Below are positions 1 through 9,380 of a stretch of 64,000 bases of DNA, piece by piece. Below the pieces are notes generated by a model. It ran no database searches. It was not told the origin of the DNA and saw only the letters and a list, made by a program, of their open reading frames with translations. Each line of letters begins with the position of its first letter. Within the stretch, counting starts at the first letter, position 1. Location: positions 280,581-344,580 of the IMG/VR virus record IMGVR_UViG_3300028048_000039; one strand, written 5' to 3'. The stretch comes from a virus. Lineage: Duplodnaviria; Caudoviricetes. Made by a program: the position numbers and the translations under genes.

Positions 1-2
1 GC

Positions 3-350
3 CTTAAGGTCGTCAAGCCTTAATGCTGTTCTCTTGACAAAGTTTTTGTCACTAACAACATCAGAGGCGTTACCATTATGCTTTATTACTTCACCGAGAA
101 ATTTAGCAATTTCAAACTTTGAAGCAATGGCCTTTCTCTTATCATCTAAAAAATTGTGAATGGCGGTTGCATACTTAGTTTTTTCTTCCATGGTAACACC
201 ATCGGCAGCTAAGTTTGTTGAGTTTGTAATCTTGTTTTTCTCATTATCAATCTCATTTATCTGCCTACAAGCCTGGTCATAAATCTCCTGGAGAAGTTCT
301 TCGAGCTTTTCTGTTGAATTTAATCTTACCTTGTACCTTTTAGTTTCCAT
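3..350 (-). CDS. Hypothetical helical protein, truncated by the window edge
   Basis: ATG at 350, open to the edge (METKRYKVRLNSTEKLEELLQEIYDQACRQ...); CTATTTAT motif at 367-374 upstream. Confidence 0.75.
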   Translation of the reverse strand, partial: METKRYKVRLNSTEKLEELLQEIYDQACRQINEIDNEKNKITNSTNLAADGVTMEEKTKYATAIHNFLDDKRKAIASKFEIAKFLGEVIKHNGNASDVVSDKNFVKRTALRLDDLK

Positions 351-387
351 AGTAAATTATTTTCTCATAAATAGCAGTAAGCCATTT

Positions 388-1287
388 TTATTCTTCTAAT
401 TCTTTCTTCTTCAACTGGAAATAAAGTTCATAATATTTTTTCATATTGTCCCTAATTTCCTTTGTTGTCATCATTGTTTCTTCCCTAAGGAAGTAAAGAA
501 TTGTACTCTTTTGAAGTTTATTGCTTCCTTCAGGGAGTACCTTGTCCCAATTACGGAATAAGTTTACCAATGCCATACCAACGGTCACCTCTTCCTCGTC
601 CAAGTGATATTCCTCAGCATTTTCTATCATCTTTTCAATACCATCTGATACTTTAACGAGCACTTTCTCAGAAATGCCAAAGTGTTCATCTTCTTCTGTT
701 GAGTATTTTGAATTATTATTCAGTTCCTCAAACATTGTATCATAGGACATATTTCTCTTTCTCTTTTTACTGTATTGGCTACATTTATACATAAGGTAGT
801 TCCTGCATACGGTTCCACAATATGAGTAAGCTTTATATCTTTTTTTAACTTTTTTGTAGTTTTTCTCAGTTGTTTCTCCAGTTTCCATGTCAGTGAAGAT
901 TACCTTTATATATTCAGGGTCCGCATCTGTTGCACCGTTTTTCTCTAGGTCGTGAAGCTCAGCGTCAGTTAAAATTGTAAAAGTTTTACCAGCAGCTTCT
1001 TCTACTGGAATTTCCTCATACTCGTTTATTACTGGTTTATAATGGCTAATCTTCGTTAAAAGATAGGAGATTGTATCATTAAAGTTCTGATAGAACTCTT
1101 CATCCGGGACAAATAATTTATAGCGTCTTATAATTGATTCTATCATCTTAGTAAGTGCTGGCTGGAGAATGGTGTTGAATATAGCATTTCTATCATCTTC
1201 ACTACCAGCATTTATGTAATTTACGACTGCTTGTTCTTCTTTTTCACGGAAATAATTTTTTTCCTTTGGTTTTCTTCCTCTTTTCAT
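388..1287 (-). CDS. Phage sigma-70-like transcription factor (candidate late sigma)
   Basis: Region-2-like motifs LTKMIESIIRRY, DTISYLLTKISHYKP and KAYSYCGTVCRNYL; basic N-terminus. Confidence 0.6.
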   Translation of the reverse strand: MKRGRKPKEKNYFREKEEQAVVNYINAGSEDDRNAIFNTILQPALTKMIESIIRRYKLFVPDEEFYQNFNDTISYLLTKISHYKPVINEYEEIPVEEAAGKTFTILTDAELHDLEKNGATDADPEYIKVIFTDMETGETTEKNYKKVKKRYKAYSYCGTVCRNYLMYKCSQYSKKRKRNMSYDTMFEELNNNSKYSTEEDEHFGISEKVLVKVSDGIEKMIENAEEYHLDEEEVTVGMALVNLFRNWDKVLPEGSNKLQKSTILYFLREETMMTTKEIRDNMKKYYELYFQLKKKELEE

Positions 1288-1425
1288 TTTTTTGCTGTAG
1301 TTAATCCCTACTTAGCAAACATCACTTCTACATTATAAAAATGTACTTTCCAAATATCACACTAAAAAGCAAGTGTCTTTCCTTTGATGTTCGGGGAGTG
1401 TTACCTCCCCGTTAAGCATCTTAGG
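1288..1425 (-). promoter_or_regulatory. Structured mRNA leader / candidate cis-regulatory RNA
   Basis: Five predicted helices in 138 nt, including two GGAAAG-hairpin-GA units enclosed by AACAUCA/UGAUGUU. Confidence 0.55.
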
Positions 1426-2196
1426 TTATTCTTCATATTCATAGTGTGATAGGTCTCTCTGACGTAAGAAGAAGTAATCCTTTTTAGCCAGTTCAATCCA
1501 CCACTCTGCCTCATTATCACTTATTTCCTTATTATATCTCTCAGAAATTGAGTTAGGCCTACCCATTCTGTGTATGTAACCAATCTTTGGAATGACATAC
1601 ATCTTCTTTCCCTTGTAGAGGGCTCTAAGTATGAATTCATACCAGAACACTAACTTGATTGCTGGTTTAAGCTCTCCAAGTGTCTTAAAATCTTCGGTTC
1701 TAAAGATTGCACCTGAAACGTTGAAGTTAAAGTAGTCCATAAATGAGTTAAGGTCGAGATAACCAACTTCCTCAGAGAAAGACGTTGCCCAATATGCCTC
1801 ATTTGCAAAACCAACCTCTCTTCCGGTAGCGTCATCAAGTACTGTAGTTAATGGGAGATATGCAAACATGTTCTCAATATCATTATTGATATATTTCTCA
1901 ACGTTCTTAAACCAAATTGGACTGTATCTATCATCAAATTCAAGTACTGAGAAATACTTTGTCTTAACATTTTCCACTGCATAATTGACTTGTGATGGAT
2001 ATGAAAAATCATTTGTTTTATTTTCAAGCAATTCAAGACCGTCGGCATTCTCAACGGTTTTAAGTGCGTCTGCACTACCCACTACAAGTATCTTCTCGGC
2101 GTTTCCCTTAGCACTTTCAACTGCTGAAGTAAATAGCTGTTTTGTTGTAGTGTCATTAAGTTCTATAATTGGTATAATAATAGTAAGGTCTTTCAT
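1426..2196 (-). CDS. Glycosyltransferase family 2-like (GT-A)
   Basis: LTIIIPI start, VNYAVENVKTKYFSVLEFDD (DxD-like), GAIFRTEDF. Confidence 0.75.
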   Translation of the reverse strand: MKDLTIIIPIIELNDTTTKQLFTSAVESAKGNAEKILVVGSADALKTVENADGLELLENKTNDFSYPSQVNYAVENVKTKYFSVLEFDDRYSPIWFKNVEKYINNDIENMFAYLPLTTVLDDATGREVGFANEAYWATSFSEEVGYLDLNSFMDYFNFNVSGAIFRTEDFKTLGELKPAIKLVFWYEFILRALYKGKKMYVIPKIGYIHRMGRPNSISERYNKEISDNEAEWWIELAKKDYFFLRQRDLSHYEYEE

Positions 2197-2199
2197 CTC

Positions 2200-3306
2200 T
2201 TATTCCTCCTTAGCTTTAATAACATTATTTTCTACATCAATTCTCACTTCCTCAAACTCCTTAAGTCGTCTTTCGAAGAACCCCTTGACGTAAACTTCCT
2301 CAATTTCTTTTTCCTGAGCTTCCTCTGAATAAAGGCCAAATGTCTCCTTTGCGCCATCATGAACTTCTGCGGGAACCTTATCGGTAATCCAGGTCTGAAC
2401 GACATTTGGAAGAATGTTTGAAAGTTCATCAACATTATTAAACCATAATACTGATTTACTAATCTCACCGTCCTTAACCATCCAATCTGATAATTCATTA
2501 GGTACTTTTGCCAATACAATACCACCGCATCTAAGTGCTTCAAGGAGTGAATAACCAAATGTTGTAGAGTCATCATCCCAAATGGTGATTGCGGCTTCTC
2601 TCAATGCTTCAGCAAATGTTTCCTGTGAAAGGCCTCTCAATTCACGGAAAGATACCCACTTATACTCAGGATTTTTCCAGTAGAAAGGTTTAACTATTCT
2701 ATTCATTTCACTCTGGTCCTTGCAGATGACGTTGATAATCATCTTTCTTGGGGTTGTTTCATTGTCCCTAAACACTTTCTTAATAGAAGGTGAAACAATG
2801 TGGGTTCTAAGTGTAGGAAAATACTCCTTAATTCTATTCTCCTGCCCCTTAGTGGTTACAACAGCATCTATAATATTAACAGTATCAAATGTGTGCGAAA
2901 TTGGAAGAAACTCGGTTACGTGATAAGCATTTTGAACAATTGCGACTCTCTTGCAAGAGAGGGTCTTTGTCTGTATCATTACATTTGCAAATATTTCAGG
3001 AATGAAGATAAAGTCACAAGGACCAATCTCAACATTGTCAGTTTCGATATTAGAATGTTTCAATTCAGCATATTCCTTGCCGAGCCAATCACCAACACCG
3101 ACAAAGTCCTTTTCCTGATGGAGCATGGTTACGTCATAACCCTTCTTTGATAGAACTAATGCGGTTTGGTAAATATATTCCAATGCACTGGAAGGATTTC
3201 CCTTTGTATCAAGAATAAAGAAAAATATCTTGAATGTCTTGTTTTTTAATTTTGAGATGTTTTCATCTGTTATTTTCAGCATCTCACTCTTAGTTAATTC
3301 TGCCAT
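2200..3306 (-). CDS. Glycosyltransferase-like protein (GT-B)
   Basis: FIFIPEIF, ETFAEALREAAI and TFGYSLLEALRCG (GT4-like FG.p.lEAm.cG). Confidence 0.7.
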   Translation of the reverse strand: MAELTKSEMLKITDENISKLKNKTFKIFFFILDTKGNPSSALEYIYQTALVLSKKGYDVTMLHQEKDFVGVGDWLGKEYAELKHSNIETDNVEIGPCDFIFIPEIFANVMIQTKTLSCKRVAIVQNAYHVTEFLPISHTFDTVNIIDAVVTTKGQENRIKEYFPTLRTHIVSPSIKKVFRDNETTPRKMIINVICKDQSEMNRIVKPFYWKNPEYKWVSFRELRGLSQETFAEALREAAITIWDDDSTTFGYSLLEALRCGGIVLAKVPNELSDWMVKDGEISKSVLWFNNVDELSNILPNVVQTWITDKVPAEVHDGAKETFGLYSEEAQEKEIEEVYVKGFFERRLKEFEEVRIDVENNVIKAKEE

Positions 3307-3325
3307 ATCTTATAGTTTAATCATA

Positions 3326-3694
3326 TTATTCATTTACTTCTTCTAAAACTCCCCATGAAATTAATGTATTAGCTGCAAGTGCGAGGCTAAATGTCCATTC
3401 AAAGTCACCTTCAGGGGCTGCATTGTCTAACAATGATAAAATGAGAAGTTTTACAAAATCATAGATAATCATATCATTTTGCGGATTTCCCTGCGTCTTT
3501 GTCTCATGTTCAACCTTAGATGCCAATGCAAATTCACCGTTCTCCTGTGCCTCATAAGCTTGAGAGATTTCCATTTCACTAGTACCACCACTCTTTGAAG
3601 AACTAAGACAGATTTCCGTTAGTTTCTGAAGATTTAATGCATATTTCTTTCCTTTAAAAGAAATATATTTCTCGTTTTTGTTAAAAAGTTTCAT
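3326..3694 (-). CDS. Hypothetical protein
   Basis: 122 aa ORF overlapping the upstream gene (ATGA). Confidence 0.7.
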   Translation of the reverse strand: MKLFNKNEKYISFKGKKYALNLQKLTEICLSSSKSGGTSEMEISQAYEAQENGEFALASKVEHETKTQGNPQNDMIIYDFVKLLILSLLDNAAPEGDFEWTFSLALAANTLISWGVLEEVNE

Positions 3695-4287
3695 TTTTCA
3701 AATAGTTTTATTGTATTATCTTTATTCTTTAAGAATGAACTTAAACTCTTATAAGAATAATCAGCCTCAGCATCCTTATTATAATCAGTACTTATCTTAA
3801 TTGCCGTCTTTCCCTCTGGCTTAATCGCTAATAAGTCTGGGTTTGCAGTAATTAGGATATCGCATTTATCCCAAATTGTCTTTGAATCTGTTGGAAGATA
3901 AACCTCTCTTATCTTAGTTCCTAATTTTGAAAGGAAAAAGTAAGTATTCCCAATTGATAGGCCATATTCCTTAGTTGATACAAATAACAACTCAATATCT
4001 TCGTCAGTATCAATGTCCTTGAGCGTCTGTTCAGTCCATTCATTAAGCTCGGTAGCCGTCTTCCTCGAACAAGTACCGCACTTTCCAAAGAGTTCAAACG
4101 CATAGTCAGCATATACAAAATTATTATATGATGCTTCACTCTTAAATGGAAAAACAGCAGACATATCATTACTCCAAAACTCGAAGTCTGAGAGGTCAAA
4201 TTCATGATTATAGCTTTCCAAATAATACTTTATGAAGTTATTTGAAAAATCCCTCACAACATCGTTTAAATCAATTGCTATTCTCAT
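3691..4287 (-). CDS. HAD-family 5'(3')-deoxyribonucleotidase-like protein
   Basis: MRIAIDLNDVVRD HAD motif I variant; C-terminal DYN motif; DD motif IV appears degenerate. Confidence 0.6.
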   Translation of the reverse strand: MRIAIDLNDVVRDFSNNFIKYYLESYNHEFDLSDFEFWSNDMSAVFPFKSEASYNNFVYADYAFELFGKCGTCSRKTATELNEWTEQTLKDIDTDEDIELLFVSTKEYGLSIGNTYFFLSKLGTKIREVYLPTDSKTIWDKCDILITANPDLLAIKPEGKTAIKISTDYNKDAEADYSYKSLSSFLKNKDNTIKLFEK

Positions 4288-5275
4288 TTGTTATTTTCAG
4301 TATTGTTTTTTCAAAATTATTTTTTTCTTCTTCTCTCTTCTGTCTTCTCATGAGAGTACCTAAGTCGATACCATCACGTTTAGGGGCCTCAGATTTATAT
4401 TTTTCAGTTAATTCTTTCTTTTCAAACTTCTTAGGAATATAAGTTCCGTCCTCTACTATGTTACAATCAAATGTAATGACAAAATGCCCGTCAAACCTGT
4501 TAATACTTTCTGGCTTAATGTCATCATATACAAATCGGCAGAGGTCCTTACTGTTCCACGCCTTATAAGAAACCCATGACATTTCATCAAAGTTAATTAT
4601 ATCAGACCTGAAATTCTTGGTTTCCTCGATGGTATGGAGGTTAGAAATTAATATCGCATCAATTTTACCAAACTGGCTTGCCATGATTGGTAGGTAAAGG
4701 TCAACCTTAGCTCTCTTAGCCCCTTCTTCTTGTCTTACAACCATCTTGAGGACAAACTTCTCAATTTCAAACCTTGAAATAAAGCCATTTCTCTTAATTG
4801 TAAGCGTTGTGTCATAGTCATAGAGTCCATTTGGCATCTCTGCATTGTAAATCATTGTATGTTTTGCAGTATCAAAGTTGTCCTGAATTGTCCTTACCGG
4901 GAGTTCATCTTCACCATAGACTTTTATTCTCTTTTCAAAGTCTAACTTTGTTTTTTTCTTCATCTTCTTGTCAGCACCGATGAATTCTAATTCACCATCA
5001 GGACGTTCTACCATAGTAATTGTTGAGGTATCTACATTCTTTGATTCTTCATAAACACGATAGTGCTTATCACGAACCTCTTCCACTTCTTGTGTTACCT
5101 TTTGCTCAAGCAAGTCATTCATAACGCCCCCAGACCGTAGATTTTGGTTAATTTCAACGTCACTATCCTTTCTATCGGAAGTTCCATTAAAAATCTTATC
5201 TGCGGATATCATACCTTGGAAAAAGGAAAACCAGAGTAATGTAAAAAACCTCTTTATCTTACTTATTATCTTCAT
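4271..5275 (-). CDS. Hypothetical protein with N-terminal hydrophobic segment
   Basis: 334 aa; FFTLLWFSFFQGM near the N-terminus. Confidence 0.7.
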   Translation of the reverse strand: MKIISKIKRFFTLLWFSFFQGMISADKIFNGTSDRKDSDVEINQNLRSGGVMNDLLEQKVTQEVEEVRDKHYRVYEESKNVDTSTITMVERPDGELEFIGADKKMKKKTKLDFEKRIKVYGEDELPVRTIQDNFDTAKHTMIYNAEMPNGLYDYDTTLTIKRNGFISRFEIEKFVLKMVVRQEEGAKRAKVDLYLPIMASQFGKIDAILISNLHTIEETKNFRSDIINFDEMSWVSYKAWNSKDLCRFVYDDIKPESINRFDGHFVITFDCNIVEDGTYIPKKFEKKELTEKYKSEAPKRDGIDLGTLMRRQKREEEKNNFEKTILKITNENSN

Positions 5276-5465
5276 CTATTACCTTATCAAGTTCTTTTTC
5301 AAGCTTATTTAAGATTTCTGAATAAAATTTGTTATATTTTTCAAACTTCTTATTAAGTTCACTATCTTCCTTAATGGTCCAGTCATAGTTTCTTAATGAC
5401 CTTTCATATTTCTGGCAAACAATTCTCGCTGCCTTCTCTTGTTTCAATAATTCTTCTAACTTCAT
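5259..5465 (-). CDS. Small hypothetical protein
   Basis: 68 aa, first gene of the minus-strand operon. Confidence 0.65.
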   Translation of the reverse strand: MKLEELLKQEKAARIVCQKYERSLRNYDWTIKEDSELNKKFEKYNKFYSEILNKLEKELDKVIDEDNK

Positions 5466-5545
5466 GATTTTTTATTAAAAAAATAAATGCGGATAAATAA
5501 AAAGTCAAGATTTTATACTATTTATAAAAAAGTATTTTTTAAAAG

Positions 5546-6007
5546 ATGTTAATTTCAGAAGAAAAGTTAAAAAATATAATAGCTGAGAGTATTGCTGAGG
5601 AGTTGGACGAGTCACTTTTTACACAAAAACTTGGTGGTGCAATTAGAAAAGGTGTAAATTGGGCTGGAAATGCCTATAATAAGACAAAAAACTTCTTAAG
5701 GAATGGATATAATGACTTTAAGAAGGGTTATGGTGTTCAACAAAACACGCAAAGACATACTAATGCTACACCTCAGCAGCAACAAACAGTTGATTTAAGT
5801 AAGCCACATCAGTTGCCAAACTTGCTTCAAAACCCAGTTGTCAAGAGACAGAGGACACGTAAGCAGCAGCCAGCACAGCAGACACAACAAAACCAAAACA
5901 CCCAGCAACCACAGCAGCCAATACAGCAAGGACCAACATTTACTAATCAAAACGATAATAAAAACTTTGGTGGCGGTTATGGAATGGATTATGGTACTGA
6001 AGAATAA
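5546..6007 (+). CDS. Gln-rich protein with putative head-targeting leader
   Basis: MLISEEKLKNIIAESIAEELDE leader, Q-rich disordered body, CTATTTAT at 5518. Confidence 0.7.
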   Translation: MLISEEKLKNIIAESIAEELDESLFTQKLGGAIRKGVNWAGNAYNKTKNFLRNGYNDFKKGYGVQQNTQRHTNATPQQQQTVDLSKPHQLPNLLQNPVVKRQRTRKQQPAQQTQQNQNTQQPQQPIQQGPTFTNQNDNKNFGGGYGMDYGTEE

Positions 6008-6059
6008 TTTTTTTAACTTATTAAACTATTTATTAACAGTAAAAAAAAAACAATGTATT

Positions 6060-6212
6060 ATGGCAAGTTCAAGGAAAGGGAGTTCTGCAGCTAAACGAGT
6101 AACATCTGTTAAACAAGTTGTTAAAAGACCATTAGCAACTAGGACCGCTGCTACAAAGAAACCACAACAAAGGAGGGTCACAAAGAGAATAATCTATAAG
6201 AGGTATATTTAA
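6060..6212 (+). CDS. 50 aa highly basic (protamine/histone-like) protein
   Basis: MASSRKGSSAAKRVTSVKQVVKRPLATRTAATKKPQQRRVTKRIIYKRYI; own CTATTTAT at 6026; terminator follows. Confidence 0.7.
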   Translation: MASSRKGSSAAKRVTSVKQVVKRPLATRTAATKKPQQRRVTKRIIYKRYI

Positions 6213-6214
6213 GA

Positions 6215-6241
6215 AATAAGGCGCAAATTCTGCGCCTTATT
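6215..6241. terminator. Bidirectional intrinsic terminator
   Basis: AATAAGGCGCA-AATTC-TGCGCCTTATT between convergent genes. Confidence 0.75.
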
Positions 6242-6566
6242 CTTTATGTATATCTATTCTAATCCTCGCCATTACAGGCTCGGCATCTTTCTTGACCTCT
6301 TCTATAAATAATTCACTCGGTAATTCAAAGGAAAAAGCTCTTGGCGGGCAATGCCAACTAACTGAATCCTTTTCCGTTGGCTTCTCGGTATATAAGGCAA
6401 GGCCAACCTCATCCCTAGCGAGGTAGCAAAAGTCCATAGTAGCTGATTTGACATTTTCTCCATCGTCTTGAAGCGCTAACAACTCAGCTAGCTCCTGTTT
6501 GCTTTTCCTAAGGTACATATTTACCTTATCATTAAATGTCTGTGGAACTTCAGTATAATAATTCAT
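6237..6566 (-). CDS. Hypothetical protein
   Basis: 109 aa ORF coupled (TAATG) to the upstream gene. Confidence 0.65.
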   Translation of the reverse strand: MNYYTEVPQTFNDKVNMYLRKSKQELAELLALQDDGENVKSATMDFCYLARDEVGLALYTEKPTEKDSVSWHCPPRAFSFELPSELFIEEVKKDAEPVMARIRIDIHKE

Positions 6567-7156
6567 TATTCAGCGGCTTTAATTTTCTTATATTTTTCCT
6601 TTTCAATGGCGTATGCAAGTTCATTTGCCTGACGAATAATGGTCGTTATGATGTTCTTGAACCCATTCTTCGTGACATCTTCTTGTTCATCGAGAGCCTT
6701 TACTGCCTCAAATTCAATTGGAGTAATCTTAACACCATTATTTAATGCTTCAAGGAGGCTTCTCTCACCACCCTTAAGTACTCCTTCGTTTTTGTCGTTA
6801 AACTTGAATAACAATCCACGGTTATTAGCTTCCCATTCATTGTCATTTTCAACAAACATAAAACGTTTTGAGAGGTGAATGATACAACAGCATTTCAATA
6901 ATGTTGGGATGTCAATGTCAAATGTTCCAGAAATCATCTTCGCCATCCTCTGTGCAATGGCAATAAACATATTGATATGCATTAGGAGAGCGCCCTTGTA
7001 CGCAACACCAGAGTCTTCGTTTAAACCACAAGGAGCGTTGGTAAGCTCTTCTCTAAGCTTATCAACATCATAAAATTTATCCAGCCCAACGCTTTCAAAA
7101 GTTTTATAAAATTTGACCCATTCGTTAATGGCTACTTCTTCTGTTAATTTTCTCAT
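6566..7156 (-). CDS. Degenerate HD-domain (YhaM-like) protein
   Basis: APC..GVAYKGALLMH and CCCIIHLSK align with APA..HH.y.GGL..H and LLHDIGK but lack the HH and D ligands. Confidence 0.55.
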   Translation of the reverse strand: MRKLTEEVAINEWVKFYKTFESVGLDKFYDVDKLREELTNAPCGLNEDSGVAYKGALLMHINMFIAIAQRMAKMISGTFDIDIPTLLKCCCIIHLSKRFMFVENDNEWEANNRGLLFKFNDKNEGVLKGGERSLLEALNNGVKITPIEFEAVKALDEQEDVTKNGFKNIITTIIRQANELAYAIEKEKYKKIKAAE

Positions 7157-7253
7157 ATCTTCACGTTTTTTCCCAATTCGATAGCAATATATAAAAAAAA
7201 TACTAGAAAAACAAACTTTTAAGACTATTTATGTAGAAAAATAGGCCTAAGAG

Positions 7254-9344
7254 ATGAGAGTTGCAATAAATGAAAACGACATAAGACGAATGGTGAGTGA
7301 GTGTGTGAGATTATTGACTGAAGACAGAGAAGGAAAGAATATAAATCTTGCAAGAAAGTTCCTTGAAACGAGGGGTATTGATGACTTAGAGAGAAGACAA
7401 GAGATACTTGATGATGTTCGTAGGGCAATACCTAACTCAAGGTTGGCAAAGTGTAAATTCTTACTTGGCGTCACAAGGATGTATGTCGATAAAGAATTAA
7501 ATGCTAGAGTTAAGGATAGATTAAATCAGACACTTGAAATTATTGCGTCAGATGCACACGTTAATGAATATGACAGTAACCTCAATGGTGAGAAAGCAAT
7601 AACACTTATAGATAGGTTTAGCACTGCAATAGCTAGTGAACTTTCAAAGGCAAAGGCAGCTTCAGATGCCCAGGAGAGAGTTAGAAATGAAAATTATAGG
7701 ATAATTCCAATAGATACCCCACAGGCTGCCGCTCAATACGGGAAGTACACCAGTTGGTGTGTTACTCATAGTAGTAGTATGTATAATCATTATACAAAGG
7801 AAGGCCTTGGACGTTTCTACTTCTGCCTCAGGAATGGTTTTGAAAGAGAACCAGAAGTTAAGGGTGATGGGTGTCCACTTGATAGTTATGGATTGTCAAT
7901 GATTGCTGTATCAGTTAATTCTGATGGTTCTGTTAACACAATTACTTGTCGCTGGAATCATGCCAATGGTGGAAACGACAATATAATGAAGGTCGGGCAA
8001 CTTGAGGACCTTCTTGGTGTAAACTTCTATAAGACATTTGTACCTTATAGTAGCCAAGAACTTCGTCAAAAGGGAGTAATTCCACTCGAAGAAATACAAC
8101 AAGAACTAGATAATGGTGCTGACCCTAATAGTCTTTTCAAGTCTATTTCTAATTTTACTAATGGATATGCTGTTGTTGAAACAAGAAGTAGTCGTAAATA
8201 CAACTTCATGTCAAAAGATAAGAAGATTCTATTTCCTGACAGGTGGTTTGATTACGCTACCGCATTTAAGAAGGGACTATCAAAGGTTACTATTAATTGG
8301 AGACGTAATATAATATCTAAGGAAGGGAAGTGTTTCATAGGTGATTTCAATGATATTGATACCTGGCCAAGAGAAATTTACGGCTTCCATGAGGGATTTG
8401 CTAGAATAACTTTCTACGGGCAAGAAGAATATGGTTGGAAGGAAAATTATGTAAATGAAAAGGGGAAACTCTTATATGGCACATTTGATGATAAGAAAGA
8501 CTGGTTTGACACCGCAAGAACATTCTCAGGCGGTTTGGGTAAGGTTAGGAAGAAAAATAAGTACAACTTCATAAAACCTAATGGTAAGTTTTTACTTAAA
8601 GTTTGGGTGAACACATACCAGAAACTTTATGTTGGTAGTAACAAGTATAATGCACTTATAAAGGTAGGAAGTAAGGGTAATATTCTCACCAGTGATAATA
8701 AAATGGTATTTAAGAATTGGTTTGATGGTTTAAAGAAAATAAGCTATATAGAACCAGGCCAATGGTCCAGAACACAAGGTCTGATAATTAAGACAAAGGG
8801 AAAGATGAATATTTTTTATCCTGCAACCGAAAGTTTTCTCTTTGGGAATAAGAAGATTAGTACTTGGCCAAAGGACATAAAATATGTTGATGATGCAAAT
8901 AGTTACTGGGGTGATAGAGTAATTATTGGTGTTCGTCAAACTGATAGAGATAAATATAAATTAATATCCTTAAAAGATAAAAAAGAATGCCCTTACCTTG
9001 TTGATAATTTTGAAAAAATTAATAATTATTTTTACTTTGTAACAAAGGATGGTGTCAAAAATATAATGCGTAAAAGCGATTTTCATATTGAACTAGATAG
9101 GTGGGTTGATAGTAAAAGCATTATAGCAATAAAAACTTGGTGGCGTGAATACTTGTTTATAAAAAATGGGGATGTTTTTGACCTTTTTGAAATCTCTAGT
9201 AATAAGCTAACAAAACCTTTGGATAATATTTCTGAAATAGAAAAAATAGAAGATGGAGAAGGAAGGGGAGATATTGCAAGAATAAAGTATAAAGATGTGG
9301 ATGGCTATTATTATCTAGATTATAGAGGTAATATACATAGATAA
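7254..9344 (+). CDS. Leader-bearing protein with YG..TSWC domain and WG-type repeats
   Basis: INENDIRRMVSECVRLLTE leader; YGKYTSWCVT...YNHY; repeats FTNGYAVV, FKKGLSKV, FHEGFARI, FSGGLGKV; CTATTTAT at 7225. Confidence 0.75.
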   Translation: MRVAINENDIRRMVSECVRLLTEDREGKNINLARKFLETRGIDDLERRQEILDDVRRAIPNSRLAKCKFLLGVTRMYVDKELNARVKDRLNQTLEIIASDAHVNEYDSNLNGEKAITLIDRFSTAIASELSKAKAASDAQERVRNENYRIIPIDTPQAAAQYGKYTSWCVTHSSSMYNHYTKEGLGRFYFCLRNGFEREPEVKGDGCPLDSYGLSMIAVSVNSDGSVNTITCRWNHANGGNDNIMKVGQLEDLLGVNFYKTFVPYSSQELRQKGVIPLEEIQQELDNGADPNSLFKSISNFTNGYAVVETRSSRKYNFMSKDKKILFPDRWFDYATAFKKGLSKVTINWRRNIISKEGKCFIGDFNDIDTWPREIYGFHEGFARITFYGQEEYGWKENYVNEKGKLLYGTFDDKKDWFDTARTFSGGLGKVRKKNKYNFIKPNGKFLLKVWVNTYQKLYVGSNKYNALIKVGSKGNILTSDNKMVFKNWFDGLKKISYIEPGQWSRTQGLIIKTKGKMNIFYPATESFLFGNKKISTWPKDIKYVDDANSYWGDRVIIGVRQTDRDKYKLISLKDKKECPYLVDNFEKINNYFYFVTKDGVKNIMRKSDFHIELDRWVDSKSIIAIKTWWREYLFIKNGDVFDLFEISSNKLTKPLDNISEIEKIEDGEGRGDIARIKYKDVDGYYYLDYRGNIHR

Positions 9345-9380
9345 TAAAAAAGGTGAGATTAATTCTCACCTTTTTTATTA
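9342..9380. terminator. Bidirectional terminator
   Basis: TAATAAAAAAGGTGAGA-TTAAT-TCTCACCTTTTTTATTA overlapping both convergent stops. Confidence 0.8.

Noticed and set aside
1288-1425. tRNA gene
   Set aside because: Multi-stem but lacks a TTC T-loop, D-loop pattern and proper acceptor stem; no tRNA or rRNA recognised anywhere in the window.
7110-7156. MRKLTEEVAINE as another head-targeting leader
   Set aside because: It lacks the L..I(V/I).E helix and the gene has a host-type promoter rather than CTATTTAT.
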